Source: an uncultured Dehalococcoidales bacterium (GTDB lineage Bacteria; Chloroflexota; Dehalococcoidia; Lucifugimonadales; Lucifugimonadaceae). From it: DNA of 32,683 nucleotides. Location of the stretch: the NCBI GenBank assembly GCA_964387235.1, contig CAYLWG010000005.1, forward strand, positions 2,731-35,413, written 5' to 3'. Shown here in pieces: positions 18,524-28,079 of this stretch. The translations under genes and the position numbers were made by a program. The notes beneath the pieces were generated by a model. It saw only the letters and a program-made list of their open reading frames with translations. It ran no database searches and was not told the origin of the DNA. Positions within the stretch are counted from its first letter, which is position 1. Every line of letters begins with the position of its first letter.

Positions 18524-18845
18524 GACGTTGGCGCACGTTTAATCCGTCATGCCAGCTCGTCTCACACGCTGAAGAATTTTGTGTCGTCCATACACGTTGG
18601 CACTCATCTACACCCACCATCTAACTTTTACCTAATAGTGAGGGAGATGAAGACCTGACCCACACTTTCCGTAGAAATGACCCCTTGTTTGCGTGTCTCG
18701 TGCAACCCGAACAGTAGATTGTGCATCAGACAGTCAGTATGGTGTCTATTCTTTTTACGAATCCGTAATAATTGGAGACCCAGCAGAGTTGCGGGGGTTC
18801 TCAGCCAGGACGTGATGGCACGTTTGGACGAGAAAGAAATGTCGA

Positions 18846-19790
18846 ATGAAGCCAATAATATTTATCATTCTGTTCGGGGTCATTTCAATAGTCGTGTCAG
18901 CGTGTGCGTCTGCAACGGTTGATCCGACGGCAACCGCCACCACTTCAGGAAATCAACGCGAGGCCGAGTTTTACCTGAATCGCATCGAAAACAGTGCGGT
19001 TCAGGTAACTGCCGCATTTGCCCGAATTGATGAGCAATTGTCGAAAGTGTGGCCGACCAAGGGTTCTCTCCTCGATGCTTTTAGCGACTCGGACTTGTCG
19101 CAGGAAATAATCTCTAGCGTGGGTGCGATAATCCAACTTGTGCCTCCAGAGGAGTTCGAGCAGGAGCACCTGATTCTGCAATCTACAGCGAGCACCGTCG
19201 CCGATTATTCCCGACAGTTAGAACAGGCACTACAAGGTCGCGACCTCGCAGGAGTGATGATCGCAAAGGCCAATTTTGCGGTGAGTTACAAACGGATGCT
19301 CATGACGGTGTCTCCTCGATTGTGCAGGGCGTTGGGCATAGCGGACGACCGGGATACGCTGTGTGATATCAGGTTCGACACACCGGGTACATACGATGCC
19401 GACGTTGAACAACTGATCAAGGAGTTCAGAATAGAATTTTTACCAAGGGTGACATCCTTCCCCTTTGCACTATCTGAGGAAGAACGATTCTCTGCCCTCG
19501 CCGCTCTGAACAAAGATATCGAGGTGGCTACCCTGGACGCGGCAGAGAAGCTCGCCGCGTTGTCGCCTTCGAATGGGCGCGCAGATGACCACCAGATACT
19601 GCTCACATATCTGGAAGATACCGCTAAAACTGCATCGGCCATAACGGCCGCCGGGGAAGAGCGTGACAGCGAAACACTTCAACAGTTGTTCACTCAGTCC
19701 GGTGTCATAGTCGAATCGGCGAAAGCCTCGATATCGTGTGAGTACTCGAAACAATTACTGCACGGCTTCCTCTCCAGCAACGCATGTTGA
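18846..19790 (+). CDS. Putative lipoprotein with two helical repeats
   Basis: MKP followed by a hydrophobic stretch, a VSAC lipobox and a Thr/Ala linker, then two similar acidic helical halves. Confidence 0.7.
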   Translation: MKPIIFIILFGVISIVVSACASATVDPTATATTSGNQREAEFYLNRIENSAVQVTAAFARIDEQLSKVWPTKGSLLDAFSDSDLSQEIISSVGAIIQLVPPEEFEQEHLILQSTASTVADYSRQLEQALQGRDLAGVMIAKANFAVSYKRMLMTVSPRLCRALGIADDRDTLCDIRFDTPGTYDADVEQLIKEFRIEFLPRVTSFPFALSEEERFSALAALNKDIEVATLDAAEKLAALSPSNGRADDHQILLTYLEDTAKTASAITAAGEERDSETLQQLFTQSGVIVESAKASISCEYSKQLLHGFLSSNAC

Positions 19791-20197
19791 AGCATGGATG
19801 GTGAATTTCCCACTTCTCGCTTCGAGAGAGAAGGGACGTCGTTACCTTGCGACCAGGTTCATTCGGCCGAGAACGCACTCGCCCTGCCGCAGTAGGGCGC
19901 TGGTGGTGCTTCCGTTTCGGTAACGCCAGCATGCCATGCCGCCGCTGAAAACAGTGTCATCGACACTGAGTACCAGACTCCTTGGAGTACCTGAGCATGA
20001 ACGGCGTAATTAGGCGATTCCGAATTACAACTGCACTGCTGCCGCATGCGTGACGCCGACACTCGCAGTTAACGCGCCACGGGAGTAAAAGCACCCTGGC
20101 GGCCCACCTCGCCAGCATTCGAACGACGGGGATTCAGCAGGTCACCGATACGTTCCTCATCTTTCCCTCATATATAGCAATATAAAAACCTCAAGTA

Positions 20198-20215
20198 TTG
20201 TGATTTTATTCACAA
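20198..20215. promoter_or_regulatory. TTGTGA-N6-TCACAA palindromic operator (Rex- or Crp/Fnr-type) upstream of nirK
   Basis: ttgtga-ttttat-tcacaa has perfect 6-bp arms and lies in an AT-rich patch about 130 nt upstream of the nirK ATG. Confidence 0.7.
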
Positions 20216-20344
20216 ACAATGCGGTAATATACGGATGTAAGAGCAGATCGGCCCGACTTCAGGATGTGATAAACCGATCTTCACACATATCTGATTCGAG
20301 TCGGTGTGTTAGCGTCGGAATACTTAGCGAAAGGGGCTGGCGAC

Positions 20345-21496
20345 ATGAAAGCCAAGAATACTGATTTTGTGAAATTGAACCGGAACCGCCATCTACGGTG
20401 GTTGGTGATCGCGTTTGTCGTGCTTGCCACAACTGCACTGTTCGGCTGCACATCGAACGAGAAAGCCAGTGATGGCAGCGCAGTGACCAGTGCTGCGGGG
20501 CTTGAGCGAGTGACTCAGACACTCGTGGCACCACCATTCCTGCCTACGCACGAACAGGTGGCGACCGGCCCACCGAAGGTCGTTCAGATCCGACTGGTGG
20601 TCGAAGAAAAGCTAATCGATGTCGATTCGAGTGGTGCGAAGATCTGGGCGCTGACATTCAATGGATCCGTGCCAGGACCGGCGATAGTCGTCCACCAGTA
20701 CGACTATGTAGAGATTACTCTCGTGAACCCGGCCACCAACTCATTGCAGCACAACATCGACCTGCATGCCGCTTCCGGGGGGCTGGGTGGCGGCGAACTC
20801 TCCCTGGTGGACCCGGGAGAAGAGGCCATATTCAGATTCCAGGCGACGAAAGCGGGCGTGTTCGTTTATCACTGCGCTCCGGGCGGGGTGATGATCCCCC
20901 TGCACGTGGTTTCGGGCATGAGTGGCGTCATAGTGGTACTGCCACGGGACGGCCTGAAAGATGCAGAGGGCGAACTGGTCACCTACGATAAGTCGTACTT
21001 CATTGGAGAGCAGGATTACTACATTCCGCAGGATGAAGACGGAGCTTACAAGGAGTACGGGAGCCCGGCTGAAGGCTTCGGTGACATGATCGAAGTCATG
21101 AAGACTCTCACCCCGACTCACGTGGTGTTCAACGGTTCCGTGGGTGCTCTAACCGGCGATTCAGCCATGACGGCCAGTGTGGGTGACAAGGTCTTGTTTA
21201 TCCACGCACAGCCCAACCGAGATTCAAGGCCTCACCTGATTGGCGGGCACGGCGACCTGGTGTGGAGGGGCGGTTCGTTCAACGATAAGCCCGCTACCGA
21301 CCTTGAGACATGGTTTGTGGCAGGAGGTTCCGCCACTGCGATGCTCTACGAATTCAGGCAGCCGGGGCTGTACGTGTACCTGAACCACAATCTGATCGAG
21401 GCAGTGCTTCTCGGGGCTGCTGCTCACATCAACGTTGATGGGGAGTGGGACAACAACCTGATGGAACAGATACAGTCGCCACGTCCGATAAATTGA
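20345..21496 (+). CDS. nirK: Copper-containing nitrite reductase with lipoprotein-type signal
   Basis: [51 protein letters not shown] and EGEWDNNLM-like C-terminus (DGEWDNNLM); type 1 and type 2 Cu ligands are present. LFGC lipobox. Confidence 0.95.
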   Translation: MKAKNTDFVKLNRNRHLRWLVIAFVVLATTALFGCTSNEKASDGSAVTSAAGLERVTQTLVAPPFLPTHEQVATGPPKVVQIRLVVEEKLIDVDSSGAKIWALTFNGSVPGPAIVVHQYDYVEITLVNPATNSLQHNIDLHAASGGLGGGELSLVDPGEEAIFRFQATKAGVFVYHCAPGGVMIPLHVVSGMSGVIVVLPRDGLKDAEGELVTYDKSYFIGEQDYYIPQDEDGAYKEYGSPAEGFGDMIEVMKTLTPTHVVFNGSVGALTGDSAMTASVGDKVLFIHAQPNRDSRPHLIGGHGDLVWRGGSFNDKPATDLETWFVAGGSATAMLYEFRQPGLYVYLNHNLIEAVLLGAAAHINVDGEWDNNLMEQIQSPRPIN

Positions 21497-21520
21497 GGGC
21501 CAGGTAAACAGAGCGAAGCG

Positions 21521-21549
21521 AGTGGGCGACCGTAAGCCGGTCGCTCACT
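21521..21549. terminator. Stem-loop after nirK
   Basis: agtgggcgaccg-taagc-cggtcgctcact forms a 12-bp stem with one G-U pair. Confidence 0.5.
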
Positions 21550-21595
21550 TCTCACAGCAACTTACTTCTCGGTAAAACAAGAACGGTGTTAAACC

Positions 21596-21632
21596 AGTAG
21601 GGGCAGATTTTCGTCTGCCCCTACTTTTGTTT
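21596..21632. terminator. Intrinsic terminator between convergent nirK and ftsZ
   Basis: Perfect 12-bp stem agtaggggcaga-ttttcg-tctgcccctact followed by tttgttt. Confidence 0.8.
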
Positions 21633-21744
21633 CTATTCAGTTCTAGCTATCCGTTATCCAGCGGCTACACCGTTCGATTCAGCCCACGCCTAACCTGTCG
21701 CAGAAAACGTGCCAGCGGCACCGCAGGGAACGTGCCAATGGCAC

Positions 21745-22905
21745 CTAGTCGGCTGAAACTGCTGCTTCTTCTGGCTGCTCCTGCGCAATGTCACGATACA
21801 TCCCGCCGTTGCGGTAGCGCCTTCGTGCCGCGGGGTGGTGCCGGAGGAACGGCGGAATCGCCATCGAAGCCGGGTCTTCAAGCGCCTTTTTGGCGATCGA
21901 CGCAGCCTCTTCCTCGATTTCACCTGCAACCGGGAACCCTGTAGCGATGATCGTGAGTTTTACTTCGTTTTCCATCTTGGGATCGGTAACAGTACCGAAG
22001 ATTATGTTGGCATCGGGGTGAACTGTAGCAGCGATGATCTCGGAAGCGCGCTGTACCTCATCGAGCGTCAGGTCGGTCCCGCCCGTGATGTTGAAAATCA
22101 CTCCTCGGGCACCGGCAATTTCGACTTCGAGAAGAGGTGAATTGATCGCCTGTTCGGCAGCCTCGACAGCCCGGTTCGGTCCTGTGCCCTTGCCAATTGC
22201 CATCCATGCCGGGCCAGCGTTGTCCATAACTGCGCGGACATCTGCAAAGTCGAGGTTGATCTCGCCGGGAACGAGAATTAGTTCGGCGATCGACCGAATA
22301 CCCTGGCTCAGCACATCATCGGCCAATTTGAAAGCCCGATCCATCGTTAGCTGTTCATCGGCGATTGCCATCAGTCGGTCGTTCGGAATAACGATCAGGG
22401 TATCGACCCTTTCCCGCAGCATCTCTATGCCCTCGAGCGCCTTCTTTCGGCGAACCGCGCCTTCGAAGGCAAACGGCTTGGTCACAACACCAACGGTGAG
22501 CGCGCCGAGATCTTGGGCGATTTCAGCCACGACCGGCGCCCCACCGGTGCCCGTTCCGCCACCCATTCCGGCCGCTACGAATACCAGATCGGCACCTTTG
22601 AGGACTTCCCTGATTTCGTCCCGGTCTTCTTCATGGCACTGTCGGCCCTTGGAAGGGTCGCCGCCGACGCCCAGACCACGGGCTGTCTTGTCACCCACGC
22701 GGAGTCGAATCGGAACTGCCGAGGCATCCAGGGCCTGCGCATCGGTGTTTACCGAAATGTATTCGACCTCCGGGACTCGTTCGCGATACATGCGGTTGAC
22801 GGCGTTCTGGCCGCCACCACCGACACCGACAACTTTTATGCTTGCGGTACCGACGTTTCCTTTAATTTCCTCTGGAAGTGGTGTGTTTATGTCAGGCATT
22901 TTCAT
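21745..22905 (-). CDS. ftsZ: Cell division GTPase FtsZ
   Basis: [21 protein letters not shown], tubulin signature [22 protein letters not shown]7 loop [14 protein letters not shown] and C-terminal IPPFLR. The start is at 22905 or 22899 after GGGGAG. Confidence 0.96.
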   Translation of the reverse strand: MKMPDINTPLPEEIKGNVGTASIKVVGVGGGGQNAVNRMYRERVPEVEYISVNTDAQALDASAVPIRLRVGDKTARGLGVGGDPSKGRQCHEEDRDEIREVLKGADLVFVAAGMGGGTGTGGAPVVAEIAQDLGALTVGVVTKPFAFEGAVRRKKALEGIEMLRERVDTLIVIPNDRLMAIADEQLTMDRAFKLADDVLSQGIRSIAELILVPGEINLDFADVRAVMDNAGPAWMAIGKGTGPNRAVEAAEQAINSPLLEVEIAGARGVIFNITGGTDLTLDEVQRASEIIAATVHPDANIIFGTVTDPKMENEVKLTIIATGFPVAGEIEEEAASIAKKALEDPASMAIPPFLRHHPAARRRYRNGGMYRDIAQEQPEEAAVSAD

Positions 22906-23220
22906 CGATCTCCCCGGCGGTTCAGGCGGGCTCTGGCGGTGTGGGCAACCGATGTTCGTTTGAAAGTATCGGTACACAACTACCGTTGGTTATGAGGCAG
23001 ATGTCGCGACTTTACCTGTGACCGGGCTGTGGCTTCCTAGAAGATTTAAAGCGCGATTCGAGTTGTTTGCCGAAACGAGTACCGAGCATGTAAACCAAAT
23101 TGCGCCTAAACCGGCGCGGTATTACACTTGCGGCGCTTCCCTGACGCTCTCTTCATGCCCCGTTTCACGGAGCAGAGCATCGACCGGCATATCGGAATTT
23201 ATACCCTGGAGAACATACGC

Positions 23221-24867
23221 ATGAACGGTTACGAGGCGATTGCAAAGATATTGAAACAGGAAGGCTTTGAATGGCTGGCCTGCTTTCCCAACAACCCGCT
23301 TATCGAAGCTGTCGCGAAAGAAGGAATTCGCCCGATAGTGTTCCGGCAGGAGCGGGGCGGCATCATGGCGGCCGATGGCTATTCGCGCCTGATGGCCGAA
23401 AAGGGAAAGTACGGCGTGTTTGCCTGCCAGGGCGGGCCCGGTGTAGAAAACGCGTTCGGTGGGTTTGCACAGGCATGGGCCGATGGCGTTCCGATCATTT
23501 TTTTCCCAGACGGCCCCGGTAACGACATTTCCGACGTTGCCCCGAATTTTTCGGCACCGGAAAACTATCGGGGAATCATGAAGTGGGCCGGCACTATAAC
23601 CAGCGGCGACCGAATCCCCGGGCTTATGCGACGGGCTATTTCTTCACTGAAAAACGGCCGGCCCGGCCCGGTGATGCTCGAGATGCCACGCGACGCTATG
23701 AGCCAGGAAGTAAAGAATCTCGATGAGTTCGGTTCACCGCAAACGTATGTTGCGGCACCGTCGAAAATAGATCTTCGCGATGCGGTAAAACGACTTCTTG
23801 CAGCCCGGCAACCGGTGATATGGGCCGGACAGGGTGTTCTGTATTCAGGCGGGACCGACAAGCTGACAGAATTGGCGGAACTGACGCAGATTCCGGTTAT
23901 CACGACGATGCCCGGTAAATCTGCTTTCGACGAACGACGCCCGCTTTCATTGGGTTCGACGAACAAGACAGCTCCCAAGGCCGTTTGGGAATGGCTGAAG
24001 AATAGCGATGTGCTGTTCGCCATCGGTTCCAGTCTTTCGAAAACTAACTACGGAATCGACATCCCCGGCGGAAAGACTCTGATTCATTCGACGTTGAATG
24101 CCGAGGACATCGATAAAGAATATGCGACCGATATCGGGCTGATTGGCGATGCCCGTAAGACGCTGTGCATGATGATCGACGAGGTCAAAAGCCAGATCGG
24201 CGAAGATGGTCGCAGATCCGACACCTCGACCCGTGAGGCCATCGCACAGGTCAAAAAGGAGTGGCTTGAAGAGTGGGCACCGCTACTTAATTCCGATATG
24301 AGCCCGATTAATCCGTACAGGTTGGTCAACGAAATCAACAAGGCGGTCGATCACGAAACGACGATTTTCACTCACGATGCAGGCCATCCCCGCGATCAGG
24401 TGATGCCGTTCTACACGGCCACTGTCCCCCACAGCTACGTCGGTTGGGGCAAAAGCACGCACCTGGGTTACGGCATCCCCCTGATGATCGGCGCAAAGAT
24501 CGCCCATCCCGAAAAGTTCTGCCTGAATTTTATGGGCGATGCGGCCTTCGGCATGTCGGGGCTCGACCTTGAGACTTCCAACCGTAACGGTGTGCCAATT
24601 ACGACTATCGTGATGAACAACGGCACGATGGGCGGTTACAACCGGGCGTTGCCAACTGCAATGGGCGAGTACGGTGCAGGGAACATGACTGGCGATTATG
24701 CCGGTGTTGCCGAGGCACTTGGGGGCGTGGGCATAAGGATTACGGATCCGAGCGAAATCGGGCCGGCTCTAACGAGGGCACGCCAGATTAACTTTGATGA
24801 GGGCAAGAGCGTGCTGCTCGACGTGAAGACACAGCAGGAACTGAAGTTCTCGGTTTACGCCGACTGA
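23221..24867 (+). CDS. Thiamine-diphosphate-dependent enzyme (acetolactate synthase-like family, substrate unknown)
   Basis: RQERGGIMAADGYSR, GPG, GRPGPV and the ThDP motif GDAAFG...NNG; GGAG RBS. Confidence 0.88.
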   Translation: MNGYEAIAKILKQEGFEWLACFPNNPLIEAVAKEGIRPIVFRQERGGIMAADGYSRLMAEKGKYGVFACQGGPGVENAFGGFAQAWADGVPIIFFPDGPGNDISDVAPNFSAPENYRGIMKWAGTITSGDRIPGLMRRAISSLKNGRPGPVMLEMPRDAMSQEVKNLDEFGSPQTYVAAPSKIDLRDAVKRLLAARQPVIWAGQGVLYSGGTDKLTELAELTQIPVITTMPGKSAFDERRPLSLGSTNKTAPKAVWEWLKNSDVLFAIGSSLSKTNYGIDIPGGKTLIHSTLNAEDIDKEYATDIGLIGDARKTLCMMIDEVKSQIGEDGRRSDTSTREAIAQVKKEWLEEWAPLLNSDMSPINPYRLVNEINKAVDHETTIFTHDAGHPRDQVMPFYTATVPHSYVGWGKSTHLGYGIPLMIGAKIAHPEKFCLNFMGDAAFGMSGLDLETSNRNGVPITTIVMNNGTMGGYNRALPTAMGEYGAGNMTGDYAGVAEALGGVGIRITDPSEIGPALTRARQINFDEGKSVLLDVKTQQELKFSVYAD

Positions 24868-25060
24868 GCTTCGGCAGCGGTTTCACGATATCTACATTAC
24901 TCTGGCAACGAAAACGGTCGTCGTCGGGTGACGATTCTCGAATTTCGCAACGAAATCGCGAGGGTTCTCGCGCCCTTTTATTGGTCGTTGCATCCTAGAG
25001 GCAGAGTGGTAGATGTGAAGATCGCATGGGCCGGGAATACCAATACAAGGATTATTAGCA

Positions 25061-25756
25061 ATGACTTCAGAACCCCAACATTATGATGATGTACTGCCAA
25101 ATCCCGGATTCGACATCGTACCGGGCATTACGGCGGTCGTAATAACCGACCCGCAGGTCGATTTTCTTTCAAAAGATGGCGTGACATGGGGCATCGTAGG
25201 GCCGAGTGTCGAGAAAAACGGAACTGTCGGCAACCTCAAGAAGCTGCTTGAAGCGGCTCACGCATCGGGCACCCCGGTCTTCGTCTCACCGCACTACTAC
25301 TACCCGACCGATCATGGCTGGAAGTTTTCAGGCGCTCTCGAAACAATGATGCACGCCATCAACATGTTCGATCGCAAGGGTGCGCTCACGGTCGAAGGTT
25401 TTGAAGGGTCAGGTGCCGATTGGGAGGCGACTCTAAAGCCTCTCATCGAGCATGACAACGTCGTGATTTCCAGCCCGCACAAGGTCTTTAGCCCCAAGAC
25501 AAACGACCTTTCGTTGCAGCTCAGAAAACGCGGTATCAGCAAGATCATCCTCGCTGGTATGTCCGCAAACCTGTGCGTCGAGGCCCACATGCGGGACCTG
25601 ATCGAAGACGGGTTCGAGATCGCTATCGCCAAAGACGCAACTGCCGGTGCGGTACTTCCGAAGGGCGACGCCTATGAGGCCGCACTGCTGAACTTCCGTA
25701 TGATCGCCAGTTCCGTGCAGACCACCGATGAGTTGGTCGCACAGCTACAGGCGTAG
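25061..25756 (+). CDS. Isochorismatase-family cysteine hydrolase
   Basis: ITDPQVDF, HK and GMSANLCVE supply the Asp-Lys-Cys triad; DATA motif; AAGGA RBS. Confidence 0.88.
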   Translation: MTSEPQHYDDVLPNPGFDIVPGITAVVITDPQVDFLSKDGVTWGIVGPSVEKNGTVGNLKKLLEAAHASGTPVFVSPHYYYPTDHGWKFSGALETMMHAINMFDRKGALTVEGFEGSGADWEATLKPLIEHDNVVISSPHKVFSPKTNDLSLQLRKRGISKIILAGMSANLCVEAHMRDLIEDGFEIAIAKDATAGAVLPKGDAYEAALLNFRMIASSVQTTDELVAQLQA

Positions 25757-25819
25757 CGCGGGTACTTGAAATAAACGGTGGTCGCCCAGCCTGGTCGACC
25801 ACTGTTTGCTTGTAATCCG

Positions 25820-26764
25820 TTATCGCTTTGCGAACGATGCCAGAATTCGGTTTGATGCTTCGGTACATGCGTCCCGCGCCGAATCGATCAGCCCAAACGA
25901 ACCATTAAAGCCATGAATGACGCCCGGGTACTCGGTGTAGCTCGTGTCCACCCCTGCTGCCTTTAAGGCGGTTGCGTAATCGGCGGCTTCGTCGACCAGC
26001 GGGTCGTACTGGGCTGAAATAATCGTGGCGTCGGCCACGCCCGCAAGATTTTTGGCACGTATTGGCGAGGCATATGGGTTGTGCCCATCACCGTCAGGCC
26101 CCAGATACTGCTCCCAGAACCAGATCATGGAGTCACGGGTCAGACCGTAGTCATTGGCGTTTTTGATATACGAAGGTCGGTCGAACTTGTAGTCAATTAC
26201 CGGGCAAAACAGCACCTGGTGCTTAATGTTTGGGCCGCCGCGATCACGGGTCATAAGCGCAACTGCAGCCGCCAGATTACCCCCAGCCGATGTTCCTGCA
26301 ACAGCCAGTTTTGCGGCATCGACACCAAGTTCCCCCGCATGTTCAACTGCCCAGACCATCGCGGTGTAGCAATCTTCCGGCGCACCGGGGAATCGAGTTT
26401 CCGGGGCCAGCCGGTAGTCGACCGATACCAGTACTGCGTTCACTCGATTGACCAGTCCACGCGACGTGGCGTCCTCAGCTTCGAGGTCGCCAACTACCCA
26501 GCCACCACCGTGAAACAGCATGATTAGCGGGTGTGGGCCTTCCGAATCGGGTCGATAGATACGGATTGGAATTTCACCAGCCGGGCCAGGGCCAGGAATC
26601 AAGCGTTCGCTTATTTCGCCAACAGGTTCCTTCTCCGTCGGGATGGCGATTCGCCCGGCCGCTGAATTGGCCCGCGCCTCATCCGGCGTTATTTCCGTTA
26701 AGGCCGGAAAATTCAGTGCGGCCTGACGGGCCATGAGTTTGATTGTTTGTGGATTAAGCGGCAT
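25820..26764 (-). CDS. HSL-family (family IV) esterase/lipase, GTSAG type
   Basis: HGGGW, VDYRLAPE, GTSAGG, YDPL and HGF motifs. The likely start is MPLNPQ at 26764. Confidence 0.9.
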   Translation of the reverse strand: MPLNPQTIKLMARQAALNFPALTEITPDEARANSAAGRIAIPTEKEPVGEISERLIPGPGPAGEIPIRIYRPDSEGPHPLIMLFHGGGWVVGDLEAEDATSRGLVNRVNAVLVSVDYRLAPETRFPGAPEDCYTAMVWAVEHAGELGVDAAKLAVAGTSAGGNLAAAVALMTRDRGGPNIKHQVLFCPVIDYKFDRPSYIKNANDYGLTRDSMIWFWEQYLGPDGDGHNPYASPIRAKNLAGVADATIISAQYDPLVDEAADYATALKAAGVDTSYTEYPGVIHGFNGSFGLIDSARDACTEASNRILASFAKR

Positions 26765-27004
26765 GTGTGTCTTTCTTCTGCCTTGATGATCTGGGGCCTT
26801 GTGCCAATACTCGAGCGGCGGGATGCGAATACTCGCGCAGAAACTTATCAGAAATACGGCTTCGGCCTCGGGCATCGAGCATCCGGTATCGGGATGATGA
26901 CCACACAGTCGCTGCACACTGAAATAAATCTGCCTGCGGCCCCCATGCGGCCCACATGTAAGATGGTTAGACCTCAAGAAAATGGCTTACCGGAAGACTC
27001 ATCC

Positions 27005-27253
27005 GTGGCAATTGAAACCGACGATCAGGCAATCAACTCCGTTATGGAAAACATCGGCACGATGGTCGCGTCGGAAGGCGGCTCGCTTGAATTGCTCGAA
27101 CTCGACGAATCCTCGATGAAGGTCAAATACATCGCAGGCACGAACGAGGAATGCCCGGAGTGCGTACCGATGACCGATGCCGTGTTCCAGTTCATGAAGG
27201 TCGCGCTCGAAGTCCATGCGCCCCGAATTACCAGCCTCGAAGTAGTCGATTAA
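27005..27253 (+). CDS. Small NifU/Nfu-like domain protein
   Basis: ASEGGSLELL..VKY..CPEC matches the Nfu pattern (DGG..CxxC). The GTG start at 27005 is inferred. Confidence 0.6.
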   Translation: MAIETDDQAINSVMENIGTMVASEGGSLELLELDESSMKVKYIAGTNEECPECVPMTDAVFQFMKVALEVHAPRITSLEVVD

Positions 27254-27280
27254 AGCCTCCGGCATTCATCTGGCATACGT

Positions 27281-27916
27281 GTGGCATACGTGAATCAATC
27301 AAGCGCAACTACAAACGACGGAACGCAAAAATATTCATCGTTCCGTGAAATCGCTGATGCCATTACGTCCGCGGCGGCGCGTGCAAACTCGACACTGCTG
27401 ATCGGAATCGACGGAGCAGGTGGGTCGGGCAAGTCGACTCTCGCAAATGGCCTGTCGAACGTCTTCGACAACGCAGTGGTTTTGCATATCGACGACTTCG
27501 GTGTCTGGACCGACGAATCGCACCTGAGTCCTGCCAGTTTCGCCGAGCAGGTCATCGTCCCTCTTTCAGCCGGGCGAGCGGCAAAGTACCAGAGATACGA
27601 CTGGCCGACCGGTACGTTCGGGGAGTGGGCCGAGATAGAACCTGCTGAAATCGTGATCGTCGAGGGCGTTACCGAGCTGAGTCCAGACCTAAGCGAACAC
27701 TGGCACGTATCGGTGTGGGTCGATTGCCCGAGTGAACTGCGACTTGATCGCGGAATTGCAAGGGATGGCGAATCGATGCGCTCGCAGTGGGAGGATGTCT
27801 GGATGCCCGGCGAAAACGCATATATGGAACGCGATCGCCCGTGGGATCACGCCGGGTTCATCTACGACGGCAGTGGCCGCTCAGGCGATACTCGGTTCAC
27901 TCCTCCGTATCGTTAG
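27281..27916 (+). CDS. Uridine kinase-like P-loop kinase
   Basis: IGIDGAGGSGKST, HIDDF, RYDW, IVEG and RGIARDG motifs. The start is uncertain. Confidence 0.8.
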   Translation: MAYVNQSSATTNDGTQKYSSFREIADAITSAAARANSTLLIGIDGAGGSGKSTLANGLSNVFDNAVVLHIDDFGVWTDESHLSPASFAEQVIVPLSAGRAAKYQRYDWPTGTFGEWAEIEPAEIVIVEGVTELSPDLSEHWHVSVWVDCPSELRLDRGIARDGESMRSQWEDVWMPGENAYMERDRPWDHAGFIYDGSGRSGDTRFTPPYR

Positions 27917-28079
27917 ACCGCCACGGTACGGTCGCCACACTAAATTTAACCGCCTGACCGTAGAGATCGTGCGTACACGGCGGAATTGCCCGTAAAATGA
28001 TTCGGTTGAATTTAACGCACGTTTTACGCACAAATGGCCGCTCCCGAGAACAGGCCAAAACAACCACTACGAGACAAGC

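Noticed and set aside
19957-20160. Minus-strand ATG with RBS-like GAGGGAAAG reading MRNVSVTC-TGA, considered as selenocysteine readthrough
   Set aside because: The readthrough product resembles no selenoprotein and no convincing SECIS was seen.
20265-20285. Second TGTGA…TCACA near nirK
   Set aside because: The spacer is 11 nt rather than 6 nt, so it does not fit Crp/Fnr/Rex geometry.
22034-22963. 309-aa ORF antisense to ftsZ
   Set aside because: It is a codon-bias shadow of a highly conserved gene and has no motifs of its own.
26747-27004. Long N-terminal extensions of the esterase (to 26977) and of the Nfu-like ORF (from 26747)
   Set aside because: The extensions overlap each other divergently and lack family features; this is more likely a shared promoter region.
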